From positions 1 through 64,000 of IMG/VR virus record IMGVR_UViG_3300009703_000012: a DNA stretch of 64,000 nucleotides; one strand, given 5' to 3'. The number at the start of each line of letters is the position of its first letter. Positions within the stretch are counted from its first letter, which is position 1. The translations under genes and the position numbers were made by a program. Below, in pieces: positions 1-9,085 of this stretch. The notes below the pieces were generated by a model. It did not search any database. It was not told the DNA's origin and worked only from the letters and a program-made list of their open reading frames with translations. This DNA is from an uncultured virus (IMG/VR IMGVR_UViG_3300009703_000012) (taxonomy: Duplodnaviria > Heunggongvirae > Uroviricota > Caudoviricetes).

Positions 1-96
1 TTCTCCAAAATTGTTTTCTGTAGCTGATATGTTTATCGGTACAAGTGAAATAATAATAAAAAAACATATCAAGCCATAATACTTGATGTTTTTCAT
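1..96 (-). CDS. Partial (runs off window start) hypothetical protein with signal-peptide-like N-terminus
   Basis: ATG at 96 reads MKNIKYYGLICFFIIISLVPINISATENNFGE with no stop before base 1; starts 2 nt after the stop of the upstream gene. Confidence 0.6.
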   Translation of the reverse strand, partial: MKNIKYYGLICFFIIISLVPINISATENNFGE

Positions 97-98
97 TT

Positions 99-665
99 TT
101 ATCCTTGAAAAATTGTTTGAGGAGATCCTTCCGATTCTTCCTGTTGTTGGTCTGGTGACTCTTCTTTTGAATCCTCAGGTTTCTCTCTTGGTATTTTTGT
201 TGGTTCGTTAAATTGTGGTATATTTCGTGTTTTAAGTGATTCGTTGTCTTCCACAACAAAAAAAGAATGTAATGTTTTTTCATTTTTTACACATTCAAAT
301 GCATTATCCATAAAAAGACTTCCAATGAATTTGCTGTCAAAAACTTTTTTACGATATTCTTCTATTTTATATTTCGATCTAATTCTATCCATGACACAAA
401 AACAATGCACTAACATTTGTCTTTGAGATTCAAATCCAGGAGGAATACCAGCAAGATCAGGTTTAGACATAACTATCCATCGTAATGTTCCTTGATAACA
501 AGCATTTGTAGTATCATACAATAATTGTGTTGTCCAATTATATAATTTTATATTTGGATTAGGATCTCTAATTTCTTCTCCTTTTATTACTTTACCTATA
601 CCCATTATTGTAAAAGCAACAACTAACCAACACAAAAGAACTTGTATAAGTGCATTTTTTATCAT
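99..665 (-). CDS. Hypothetical protein with N-terminal hydrophobic segment and several Cys
   Basis: 188 aa ORF, co-oriented and tightly packed with neighbours. Confidence 0.7.
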   Translation of the reverse strand: MIKNALIQVLLCWLVVAFTIMGIGKVIKGEEIRDPNPNIKLYNWTTQLLYDTTNACYQGTLRWIVMSKPDLAGIPPGFESQRQMLVHCFCVMDRIRSKYKIEEYRKKVFDSKFIGSLFMDNAFECVKNEKTLHSFFVVEDNESLKTRNIPQFNEPTKIPREKPEDSKEESPDQQQEESEGSPQTIFQG

Positions 666-674
666 ATTATCTCT

Positions 675-1616
675 TTAATTAAATTGACATTCTACCATTA
701 TCTCTACAAGACATGCAACTAAATTTAATTCATGATCTGCGGCAAATGCAGATTTATACTGGGAGTCTGCCAAAATTAATACTAATTGAGGTATCGATGT
801 TGTTTGTACATATTTTTCTGCAACATCATATATTTTTCTATATATTTTTTGTGGATCATTATCTAAATTATTAACAACCCATTTTCGTACCTCATTAAAT
901 TTTTTATCTTTCATATGATTCATAAGTTCAGACAAATCTATATCGGAGACTTGGGACAGAATGCCCGAATCTATGTTACCATATTTAGAATATTTTTGGA
1001 GTTCGTTTAATACTCGGCGATAATCGGGAAAGTGTTTCATCAACACTTCGGCGACCACTTTCTTATCATAATTTACTTTTTCTTGATCTAGGATTGTATA
1101 AAGTCTTTTTCCGAAATTCGATCCAACATTTAACTTCTCTTCTTTATTTATACGAAAATCAATTGTTTGACATCTAGAATGAAGAGGTTCAATAATTCGA
1201 TTAATATAATTACATGTCATTATAAATGAACAATGTTTTTCGAATTCTTCAATAAAAGACCTTAAGGCGGGCTGGGTAGATTGGGGATTTAAATAATCTG
1301 CTTCATCGAGTATAACAACTTTTCTTTTACCATCAAAACTAACAGTTGATGCATATCCTCTAATCTTAGTACGTAGAACATCAATACCAGATTCTTCAGA
1401 ACCATTTATCATAAGAAAATCACATCCCACTTCATTACAAAGTGCTTTCGCAACGGTCGTTTTACCCATACCAGGACCGCCAGAAAGAATCATATTAGGA
1501 ATACGACTTTCCGATGATATCTGTTGAAAAAGTGTTTTTATTCTATCAGGAAGTATACACTCATCGATTGTTTTAGGTCTATATTTTTCGACCCATAAAA
1601 AAGATTCTCCAAACAT
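675..1616 (-). CDS. gp44: Clamp loader large subunit (T4 gp44-like)
   Basis: LWVEKYRP start, Walker A GGPGMGKTT, Walker B ILDEAD, SRC motif; next to sliding clamp. Confidence 0.96.
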   Translation of the reverse strand: MFGESFLWVEKYRPKTIDECILPDRIKTLFQQISSESRIPNMILSGGPGMGKTTVAKALCNEVGCDFLMINGSEESGIDVLRTKIRGYASTVSFDGKRKVVILDEADYLNPQSTQPALRSFIEEFEKHCSFIMTCNYINRIIEPLHSRCQTIDFRINKEEKLNVGSNFGKRLYTILDQEKVNYDKKVVAEVLMKHFPDYRRVLNELQKYSKYGNIDSGILSQVSDIDLSELMNHMKDKKFNEVRKWVVNNLDNDPQKIYRKIYDVAEKYVQTTSIPQLVLILADSQYKSAFAADHELNLVACLVEIMVECQFN

Positions 1617-1637
1617 TTATTATCCATAATATACATA

Positions 1638-2315
1638 TTAATCTTCATATATAGAATTTGCTAATTCGATAGCAACAAAATATTCTATAACATTATCAGA
1701 ACTGTTAAATTTCGACAATCCTTTACTAGACAAAGACACATTATAATTTTTGGCCATCAATTTTGTAATATTTTCAAACTTAAAAACAAATTTGAAATTT
1801 TTATCGGTTTCACCGACTACTTGTTCGGAAGAAGTTTCATTAGTTTGTGAATCCAATGCTGAAATAGTTATATCAGTACCATTACCTATAATACCTATTT
1901 CAGGAAGCGATAAAACACTAGCTTGTTTAATTGTAAAATCTAATGCATCAGAATCAAGAACAAAATTTACATCTTCAGAAGGAAGTGCAATTTCTTTTCC
2001 TTCTGGTGGTCTTACAATAAGTTCGGGATCACAAACCCAATATTTTACATTTCTTTTATTCTTCTTGTCTTCAATAACAATATACTTATCTTCAAATTCG
2101 ACTTCAGGATATTCAAATAAAGAATACGAACCGAGCATTTTTGTTATATCATATATACCGAAATTTCTTGGTATTTCTTCTACAATATTAGCTTTCGCTA
2201 AAATTGCTTTAGTAGGAGCAACTGTTCTGATTACTTTTCCTTGTTCAAAGAAAATTCCACTATTAATATTAGCAAAATTTTTCAAAACAGAAACCGTTTG
2301 ATCACTTAATTTCAT
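1638..2315 (-). CDS. gp45: Sliding clamp (T4 gp45-like)
   Basis: MKLSDQTVSVLKNFANINSGI N-terminus, FGIYD motif, synteny with gp44. Confidence 0.95.
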   Translation of the reverse strand: MKLSDQTVSVLKNFANINSGIFFEQGKVIRTVAPTKAILAKANIVEEIPRNFGIYDITKMLGSYSLFEYPEVEFEDKYIVIEDKKNKRNVKYWVCDPELIVRPPEGKEIALPSEDVNFVLDSDALDFTIKQASVLSLPEIGIIGNGTDITISALDSQTNETSSEQVVGETDKNFKFVFKFENITKLMAKNYNVSLSSKGLSKFNSSDNVIEYFVAIELANSIYED

Positions 2316-2347
2316 AATTTTTCTCTATTAATTGTTTAATTATCATC

Positions 2348-2376
2348 ATTATACCATACACAGTAACATATGTCAA
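2348..2376 (-). promoter_or_regulatory. Sigma70-type early promoter for gp45
   Basis: Minus strand TTGACA-N17-TATAAT, perfect consensus with extended -10 TG. Confidence 0.9.
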
Positions 2377-3380
2377 CGTTTCTTCTTTTTCTTCTTATCT
2401 CTTAATGCTTTTCGTCTTTCTTGCCTGTTTCCTTTTACCTTTTCAATGTCTTCAATTTTCTTTACTGCTTGTGCTTCTTCAGTAACTTTTATTCTAGCCG
2501 CCCTTAATTTTTGAGATTGTTCTTGATGACTTTTTGCAAGTGGATTTGAAGTATCTATTCTTCCAAGATCAGCCATTGAACCATCAAAAACATAAGTGCC
2601 TATATGTCCTAATTTCATCCAAGGACACAAATAGATAGGAATGTCTATATGTCTTGATAATTGACAAAATGCATAATCTTCCGATAAATATCGATCAGAT
2701 TTATTCGATGAACCCATAGGCATATATTGTTCATTATCAATGACTGTATCAAAATATGCATGAATATATCGATCACCTTTAAATTGCTCTGAACGATTAT
2801 GATCTGGTTTATAATGAAACTGAGGATATGCTTCTCTCCATTTATCAAAAACTTGTCTCTGAACCATCATAAAACCAGTTCCAATTTCTAAAACATTTAC
2901 GGGTTCATTAATTGCAAGTTCTTGCGTTCCTGCAACTGGATTAAACACAAAATCACCTACAAATTTTGATAGTTCTTCTGGATCTTTATCCGCAATTCCT
3001 GAATCTACTGCTTGCACAATTTTTTCCCAAGCAATACATTTTTTACCGTAGGGTCCACCAATAATAGGTTTATCATCATCACATAAAGCCGCAAGAGACA
3101 AAACATCCCTTGGATCAAAATGAATATCACTATCAATAAACATCAAGTGTGTAAATTCTTCCGCTCTTAAAAATTCATCGACTAAATAATTTCTTGCTCT
3201 GGTAATAAGAGATTCATTAAATATGTAAAAAAACCTACATTCTACTCCATAATTTGCACACAATGTTGCAAGATCAATGGCGGATTTTGCATACATTCCA
3301 TGACATTGACCACCATACATTGGTGTTGCTACAAATATTTTTTTCTTTCTTAATTCTTCAACTTTAATCTCAATCTGCAT
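2373..3380 (-). CDS. GT-A-fold glycosyltransferase-like protein with Lys-rich C-terminus
   Basis: IFVATPMYGG, ESLITRARN, FIDSD (DxD), GTGFM, YLSEDY motifs. Confidence 0.7.
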   Translation of the reverse strand: MQIEIKVEELRKKKIFVATPMYGGQCHGMYAKSAIDLATLCANYGVECRFFYIFNESLITRARNYLVDEFLRAEEFTHLMFIDSDIHFDPRDVLSLAALCDDDKPIIGGPYGKKCIAWEKIVQAVDSGIADKDPEELSKFVGDFVFNPVAGTQELAINEPVNVLEIGTGFMMVQRQVFDKWREAYPQFHYKPDHNRSEQFKGDRYIHAYFDTVIDNEQYMPMGSSNKSDRYLSEDYAFCQLSRHIDIPIYLCPWMKLGHIGTYVFDGSMADLGRIDTSNPLAKSHQEQSQKLRAARIKVTEEAQAVKKIEDIEKVKGNRQERRKALRDKKKKKKR

Positions 3381-3402
3381 TATTTCTCCACGTGAAAATG
3401 AT

Positions 3403-3442
3403 AAAAAAATAGAGGATAAGATTTTACTCTATATCCTCTATT
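3403..3442 (-). terminator. Intrinsic terminator after cobS-like gene
   Basis: Minus strand AATAGAGGATA...TATCCTCTATT stem followed by a T-run. Confidence 0.8.
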
Positions 3443-3449
3443 ATTTATA
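3442..3449 (-). promoter_or_regulatory. T4-type late promoter
   Basis: Intergenic TATAAATA on minus strand upstream of 2373..3380. Confidence 0.7.
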
Positions 3450-3465
3450 CTGTCAGATAAAACGA

Positions 3466-4656
3466 TTAAAAAGGAGTTTCTGGATCTTCTTCGGATTCAG
3501 TAGATTCAGTAATTTCAGCATCAAGTGCCGCTTCTCCTTCAGCCGCAGGATCATCGTTAGGATTAACAACTTCAGCATCAACCTTACTATACAAATCAAG
3601 GAAAGCTGATTTTGTTTCTTCATCAAAACGATTAACACACATTTGAATTGATTTCATTTTATCTTTAAAGATAGCATAAGCATTACAAATATGAACCAAT
3701 CGGCGAGTAGCAATAATTTCATCAACACCACCATCATAAAATGTTTTGCGAATAATATCCGCCCAATTTGTAAGTTTCTCAACGAATTCTGTATTTACAC
3801 AATCAAGAGAAGCAAGAACTGAATTGAGAATTTTTTTCTCAACTCCTATACTAGGATATTCTTGTTCCATAGTAATTGCAAATCTTTCAAGAAATGCTTC
3901 ATTAAGAATATTTGTTCCAATAAATCGACCATCATCAGAACCTTTTCCTTTAGTATTTGCAGTAGCAAAAATATTAAAACCACGAATAGGACGAACCCAT
4001 TGGTTTATCTTTTTAATAAAAATTCCTTTACCTTCAAGAACAGGTTGCAAACACATAATTTTATTTGATGCAAGGTCAACTTCATCAAGAAGCAAAATTG
4101 CACCACGTTTCATTGCTTGAATAACTGGACCATCTTGCCAAACAGTTTCACCATCTTTTAAAAGATAGTGACCAAGCAAATCGTCTTCATCAGTTTCAAT
4201 AGTAACGTTAACACGAAACATTTCACGATTAAGTCTTGCACAAACCTGTTCAATCATGAAAGTTTTACCATTACCAGAAAGACCAGTAACAAATGTTGGA
4301 TAAAAAATTCTTGATTTAACAATTGACTCTACATCTTTACAATGTCCAAATCTAACAAAATGAGAATCTTTATCTGGAATAAAAGATTCAGTTTGTGTTG
4401 GAAATGGAATCACTTTATTTTCTTTTTCTTCGATGTTTTCACTAGCAACAGTTTGTGCTAATGCACTTTTTACAGAACCATCAATTTGGGGGATACGATA
4501 TACACCTCTAGCAACCTTGTATGCAGTATTTTTTTGCACCCATGCAGTACTTACACCAAGTTTTCTTCCAATTGCTTTCAATTCTGGACGTGTAATTTCA
4601 TCTTCATAACCTGCTTCAATAACGGCTTCAATAAGCGATTTTTGATTAGCATTCAT
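3466..4656 (-). CDS. cobS: CobS-like / MoxR-family AAA+ ATPase
   Basis: GLSGNGKT Walker A, LLLDEVD Walker B, ATANTKGKG and NEAFLERF motifs typical of the T4-like phage CobS family. Confidence 0.88.
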   Translation of the reverse strand: MNANQKSLIEAVIEAGYEDEITRPELKAIGRKLGVSTAWVQKNTAYKVARGVYRIPQIDGSVKSALAQTVASENIEEKENKVIPFPTQTESFIPDKDSHFVRFGHCKDVESIVKSRIFYPTFVTGLSGNGKTFMIEQVCARLNREMFRVNVTIETDEDDLLGHYLLKDGETVWQDGPVIQAMKRGAILLLDEVDLASNKIMCLQPVLEGKGIFIKKINQWVRPIRGFNIFATANTKGKGSDDGRFIGTNILNEAFLERFAITMEQEYPSIGVEKKILNSVLASLDCVNTEFVEKLTNWADIIRKTFYDGGVDEIIATRRLVHICNAYAIFKDKMKSIQMCVNRFDEETKSAFLDLYSKVDAEVVNPNDDPAAEGEAALDAEITESTESEEDPETPF

Positions 4657-4691
4657 TTCACAATCTCCATAATATATAAGTTATAAAAAAT

Positions 4692-4808
4692 AAAGAGTGA
4701 ATGTCATGGCGGCGGGGCGCTCCTTTTTTCTTACCTGTTTTTCTATTCACAGGGCAAACATTTCCATGAGCCGGGCGGTATTCACCTCATTCTTCCCTCA
4801 CTCTTCAC
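4692..4808 (-). ncRNA. Candidate structured RNA or leader upstream of cobS-like gene
   Basis: GC-rich intergenic stretch just downstream of a promoter, with several complementary segments and a terminal U-tract. Confidence 0.45.
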
Positions 4809-4812
4809 TACT

Positions 4813-4841
4813 ATTATCTCAAATTTCAACAATAGTGTCAA
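4813..4841 (-). promoter_or_regulatory. Sigma70-type early promoter
   Basis: TTGACA-N17-GATAAT on minus strand. Confidence 0.8.
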
Positions 4842-5230
4842 GACATTTCTTGGTTTTCATCCAAATTAATTACTTCTTCCCACGTTCCATCTCCTAATTG
4901 TTTTACTGTAATAGATGATTCTTTCTTATCCCATTCTTCTGGAGAAATTAAAGATAATGTATCATCTTCATATAAAAAATAATGTTTTTCTTTTACAATA
5001 CGAAATTGAATATCAACTCTTTCATGTATTCTTTTTGTTAATTGTACTCTTTCCATAATTTCGTGTGCTTGTTTTACTAAAAGATTTGCATGTTCTTGCA
5101 GTCTATTTATTTCCTTATGGGCTGAAGTTTCCATTGCTTTAAGCAATTGGGAATCTGTCAGAATCTTTTCTGTTAAGATTTTTTGTATTTCTTTATTTTT
5201 ATTGTCCCATACAGGATTATCGATTGCCAT
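4838..5230 (-). CDS. Hypothetical protein, DUF2452-like
   Basis: Coiled N-terminal part then YFLYE...LSLISPEEW pattern. Confidence 0.55.
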   Translation of the reverse strand: MAIDNPVWDNKNKEIQKILTEKILTDSQLLKAMETSAHKEINRLQEHANLLVKQAHEIMERVQLTKRIHERVDIQFRIVKEKHYFLYEDDTLSLISPEEWDKKESSITVKQLGDGTWEEVINLDENQEMS

Positions 5231-5233
5231 AAT

Positions 5234-7567
5234 TCATGCGACCATTTCTGCAAAACTTTTCAGAACAATTCTGTTAGTAAGTTTTTTGCCAGTGAATTTT
5301 TTAAATGCTTTAGTCAATTGACTTTTTGAAGCATCTTCAGTAACAGCAAAACCTTCATCTTCAACATTCAAATCACTACCATCTTTAATGTAATATAATT
5401 TATCATATCCGATCCAATTTGAAGCAACATATGATTTTTCTTTTTTGAATAATTTTAAAATTTCAGCAGGATTTGGAGCATTCTTTGTACCCCAGGAAAT
5501 ATCAGAACTTACCCATTTAAATCTTTTTCCTATTAAGAAAAATCCCAGAATATTGACTTTACATCGATCTTTCAAAATATTATAAAAAGTATGAGTAGAC
5601 ATTCCAGATCGGCGACCTGTAGATGTATAAGTTTTTTTACTGACAGGATCAGTATAATAAGTGTCTCTTCCTCTACTATCAAAATATTCTTTATCAAGAA
5701 CACCTTCTTTATTAGGTCTCCAAACTTGAGTATTAGTGTGAGATTCACCATCAGTAAGAAAAACTGTATTTACAATTTGTACACGATTTTTCTTTTGAAA
5801 TTCAGGAATCAATTCCAATGCTGTAATAATTGTTGCATCAAGAGGAGTTCCGCCCAATTCAAAATGATATGGAATACTGTATCTAAAACCGTACCAATTT
5901 TCAGTATCATATCTCATCTTCATTTGCATCATAATTTGCATAGCATAATTCAACTCTGAAGTTAACATTGAACTACTAAAAAGATTCATCAAAAACAAAG
6001 TAGAATTAGAAGCAATATGACCTTCTTTTTGAAAGAAAACCCTGTCCTTCTGTTTAATATCTTCTTGAATTGAAGAATCTACTGGCTGTCCATCAACCAG
6101 TGGTTGTTTAATATTACGATCAGTAAAAGCATATACTTCAAAAGGAATATTTACTTTTCTGCAAAATAAAACCAGATTCAAAAGTTGATCAATAGTACCA
6201 GGTAAATTGGAATGCATAGAACCAGACCAGTCTATGAATAAAACAAGACCGTGATTTTTTCCAGAAGCAATAGTTGCAACTTTTTTGAAAAGATTATCAT
6301 TATATTTGTAAGAATGAATTGAAGACATATCAAGTAAACCAGTTTTTGAAATGCTGGTTCTTTTATACTCATCAGCCCTCTTTTTCATTTCAAATTCTTT
6401 AACAAGATAATCTACTGTTTTTGAATTTTTTCTTTTGAAATCTTTCACCATACTTTGTGCGGCGGCAAAGAATTCATCATAACGACCGTCTTCATACTTA
6501 GAATCTGTAAAATAGTCCCGAGTCATCTTATATAATTCTTTGTGAGGAACAATTATTTCTTCCAAATTTGCTTTTGGAATTGTTACATATTCCCTAATTC
6601 GGTCAGTTTCTTGATTTAAATCTTTTGCTGATTCTTGCCATGCTTCATCAGTTATAGATTTAGGTTCATATCTTTCATCATTCGATACTCCACCCTCAAG
6701 ACCAGAAGTTATTCCACTCGCTTCTTTACCTTTATCTCCATTTTCATCTTCATTTTCTCCTTTATTTCCAGCAGAAGCAGAATCTTCTTCAGATGTTCCA
6801 GCAGAATCTTCTTCAGAAGATCCTTCTTCCTCTTCAGATTCTAAACTATCACCTCTCATACCCGACTTGGCATCTTCACGTTCTTCCTCTTCTTCCATCC
6901 ACTCAAGCGGAGAATCACCCATTACTTCAGGCTCTTCTTCAAAACTTTCAAAACCTTCACACATTGAAGAATCAAAATCAGTAAAATCTTGAAAATCTGT
7001 TTGACTTTCATTTTCTTTTGAATAATCATAAAGTCTTACAGTTATATCATAAATTTCTTCAAAAGTCTCTGCTTTATCAATTTCAGTAAGAAAAGGACTT
7101 TCTATTTCATCAAATTCAATACCCGCAGATGCACCGATTTTATAATGTAAATTAATTCTATCAATCAAATTTAATGCATTCAGATCACGATCTTTTGTTG
7201 CAAAAAAGTTCTCTGATACAAGTTGGCGATAGCCTTCAATCATCGGCTTTGAACCACCTGGATATTTTCTTTTTATCTTTTTCTCAATTCTAGCATCTTC
7301 AACAACATTAAGATAAGACTTAAATCCAGGACCCTTCTCATTCTTCTCAGAATGCAATCCTTTTAAAGGAGTCCAAAGTGCATGTCCAACTTCATGGAGA
7401 ACCATCAAATCATAAATCGAACCACTCATATACTTGAAAATTGGTAGACGAATGACCCGATTTTTAACATCAAATGATGCTGTTTGATAATTACCATGTT
7501 CTACGGTAATGTTCTCAGAAGCAAGAAGTTTTGCTAAAAGAGATTTTGTAGACTGTATTTCATTCAT
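5234..7567 (-). CDS. CobT-like protein: HExxH metallopeptidase-like domain, acidic linker, vWA domain
   Basis: HEVGH motif, NVVEDARIE, Glu-rich linker, MIDAS DWSGS...GGTP...LTDGE; neighbour of the CobS-like ATPase. Confidence 0.85.
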   Translation of the reverse strand: MNEIQSTKSLLAKLLASENITVEHGNYQTASFDVKNRVIRLPIFKYMSGSIYDLMVLHEVGHALWTPLKGLHSEKNEKGPGFKSYLNVVEDARIEKKIKRKYPGGSKPMIEGYRQLVSENFFATKDRDLNALNLIDRINLHYKIGASAGIEFDEIESPFLTEIDKAETFEEIYDITVRLYDYSKENESQTDFQDFTDFDSSMCEGFESFEEEPEVMGDSPLEWMEEEEEREDAKSGMRGDSLESEEEEGSSEEDSAGTSEEDSASAGNKGENEDENGDKGKEASGITSGLEGGVSNDERYEPKSITDEAWQESAKDLNQETDRIREYVTIPKANLEEIIVPHKELYKMTRDYFTDSKYEDGRYDEFFAAAQSMVKDFKRKNSKTVDYLVKEFEMKKRADEYKRTSISKTGLLDMSSIHSYKYNDNLFKKVATIASGKNHGLVLFIDWSGSMHSNLPGTIDQLLNLVLFCRKVNIPFEVYAFTDRNIKQPLVDGQPVDSSIQEDIKQKDRVFFQKEGHIASNSTLFLMNLFSSSMLTSELNYAMQIMMQMKMRYDTENWYGFRYSIPYHFELGGTPLDATIITALELIPEFQKKNRVQIVNTVFLTDGESHTNTQVWRPNKEGVLDKEYFDSRGRDTYYTDPVSKKTYTSTGRRSGMSTHTFYNILKDRCKVNILGFFLIGKRFKWVSSDISWGTKNAPNPAEILKLFKKEKSYVASNWIGYDKLYYIKDGSDLNVEDEGFAVTEDASKSQLTKAFKKFTGKKLTNRIVLKSFAEMVA

Positions 7568-7605
7568 AAGATATCCTTTTTGATTAGTTTTTAACCTTCA
7601 CTTAT

Positions 7606-7634
7606 ATGGTATCAATATCTGGAAATACTGTCAA
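7606..7634 (-). promoter_or_regulatory. Sigma70-type early promoter
   Basis: TTGACA-N17-TACCAT on minus strand, intergenic. Confidence 0.7.
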
Positions 7635-7646
7635 GACAATTCTTGG

Positions 7647-7859
7647 TTATTTTTGGACTAATGAATCTCTCCAGTCAAAACCTTCAGTAGGAAGAGTATG
7701 AATTCTCATATAATGTCCATCTTTGACATCCCATGTATCATCGACACATTTCGGCTTCTTTTCAAAGCAAAACCACTTATAGTCCCAGTCCATAGCGGCA
7801 TATTTCATATTATATTTTGCAAGTTTTTCTTTTACTTGTTTTTTGATATCAGCTTTCAT
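7647..7859 (-). CDS. Small hypothetical protein
   Basis: 70 aa ORF abutting the methyltransferase stop. Confidence 0.65.
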   Translation of the reverse strand: MKADIKKQVKEKLAKYNMKYAAMDWDYKWFCFEKKPKCVDDTWDVKDGHYMRIHTLPTEGFDWRDSLVQK

Positions 7860-7861
7860 AA

Positions 7862-9085
7862 TTATTTTTTATTAAAGGGTTCTAGTACATTTTTGTATAT
7901 ACTATTTGCGATTTCTTTCATCATTTTTGGAGCGACCATTCTTCCTAATCTTTCTGCTTGTTGATCAAAATCACCTGTCAAAATAAAATCTTCTGGCATA
8001 CCCATAAGTCTTTTAAATTCAACAATGGTCGGTTTGCGATTTTCAGCATAATGAAAAACACCAGACAATCCTTTCTTCTGACCTTGTTGAGTCAAAGTAG
8101 GAGAAGGAAGATCGGGTGCTGGTCGAATCATATTAAAACATGATCCTTTAGGATTAAATTCACGAAATTGTTTATCTGAGGGTTTAATCGGTTTTTCTGG
8201 ATTAAATGGAAGAAAACTTAAAAATTTTTTTTGAAAAGAACCTTCGACAAACTCTGTCAGCATTTTAATTTCTTCGGGATCATTTTCAATATCTTCAAAA
8301 GCCTCTCTCATTGTAACGTGTTTAGTTACAGTTTTAGTAGGAAAAATACCACTTATATTCATAAAATTAAGACCTATCGTTTCTGCAACATCTTTTCGAA
8401 CACAAATAAAAATAGTTCTTTCTCTTCCTTGAGGTGTTCCAAAATCAGCCGCATTCATAACTTGATACGAAACTTCATAACCTATTCGTTCAAAATCATT
8501 AATAAATTCTAAAAGTTTTTTCTTAGATTCTCCAAAAGTTATTCCTTTAACATTTTCTGCTACGATAACTTTTGGTTGAATTCCCTTAGCAATTCTTATA
8601 TATTCTAAAAACAAATCTTCAATACTTTCTTGAATTTTATCTTCAGAATATTTCTTTATTCCATCTTTTTTCTTTAATTCTCCTGTCTGCACAACTTCAC
8701 CAGTTTCAAGATCAATAGAAGATTCTCTTGTATCTTCTACATAACCTTCCCATCCTTTATTTCTCTTACCTGCAAGTGAAAATGCAGAACATGGAGGAGA
8801 ACCATCAAGTAAATCTAATTCTCCAACTTTAATTCCTGCCATTTCTAAAAAATCATCTGATGTATATTTTTTAATATCATCAACTAAAACGTTTGTATCT
8901 GGAAAATTTGCTTGATATGTTGAAATTGCTTCTTCAACAAATTCATTAATTAAAAGAATATTTGCTCCAGCGAGTCTATATCCAGTAGAACTTCCTCCAC
9001 CACCAGCAAAACAACTAATAACATTAAATAGTTTTTCAGATGATTTTTCTTTAACATCTTTTACATAATATTTTTGATAACTCAT
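7862..9085 (-). CDS. DNA cytosine-C5 methyltransferase
   Basis: FAGGGG motif I, GSPPC catalytic motif, ENV motif, QGRER motif; start placed at ATG 9085, which overlaps the upstream TGA (ATGA). Confidence 0.92.
   Translation of the reverse strand: MSYQKYYVKDVKEKSSEKLFNVISCFAGGGGSSTGYRLAGANILLINEFVEEAISTYQANFPDTNVLVDDIKKYTSDDFLEMAGIKVGELDLLDGSPPCSAFSLAGKRNKGWEGYVEDTRESSIDLETGEVVQTGELKKKDGIKKYSEDKIQESIEDLFLEYIRIAKGIQPKVIVAENVKGITFGESKKKLLEFINDFERIGYEVSYQVMNAADFGTPQGRERTIFICVRKDVAETIGLNFMNISGIFPTKTVTKHVTMREAFEDIENDPEEIKMLTEFVEGSFQKKFLSFLPFNPEKPIKPSDKQFREFNPKGSCFNMIRPAPDLPSPTLTQQGQKKGLSGVFHYAENRKPTIVEFKRLMGMPEDFILTGDFDQQAERLGRMVAPKMMKEIANSIYKNVLEPFNKK

Noticed and set aside
1750..2301. Long plus-strand ORFs antisense to core genes (also 3746..4120, 41647..42132 and others)
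   Set aside because: Fully overlap well-supported minus-strand genes and show no motifs.
4697..4897. 66 aa plus-strand ORF
   Set aside because: Antisense to a promoter and structured leader, no RBS or recognisable motif.
3466..7567. Cobalamin biosynthesis role for the CobS/CobT-like pair
   Set aside because: No cobN or other cob genes; this AAA+/vWA pair is common in T4-like phages and is more likely a chaperone system.
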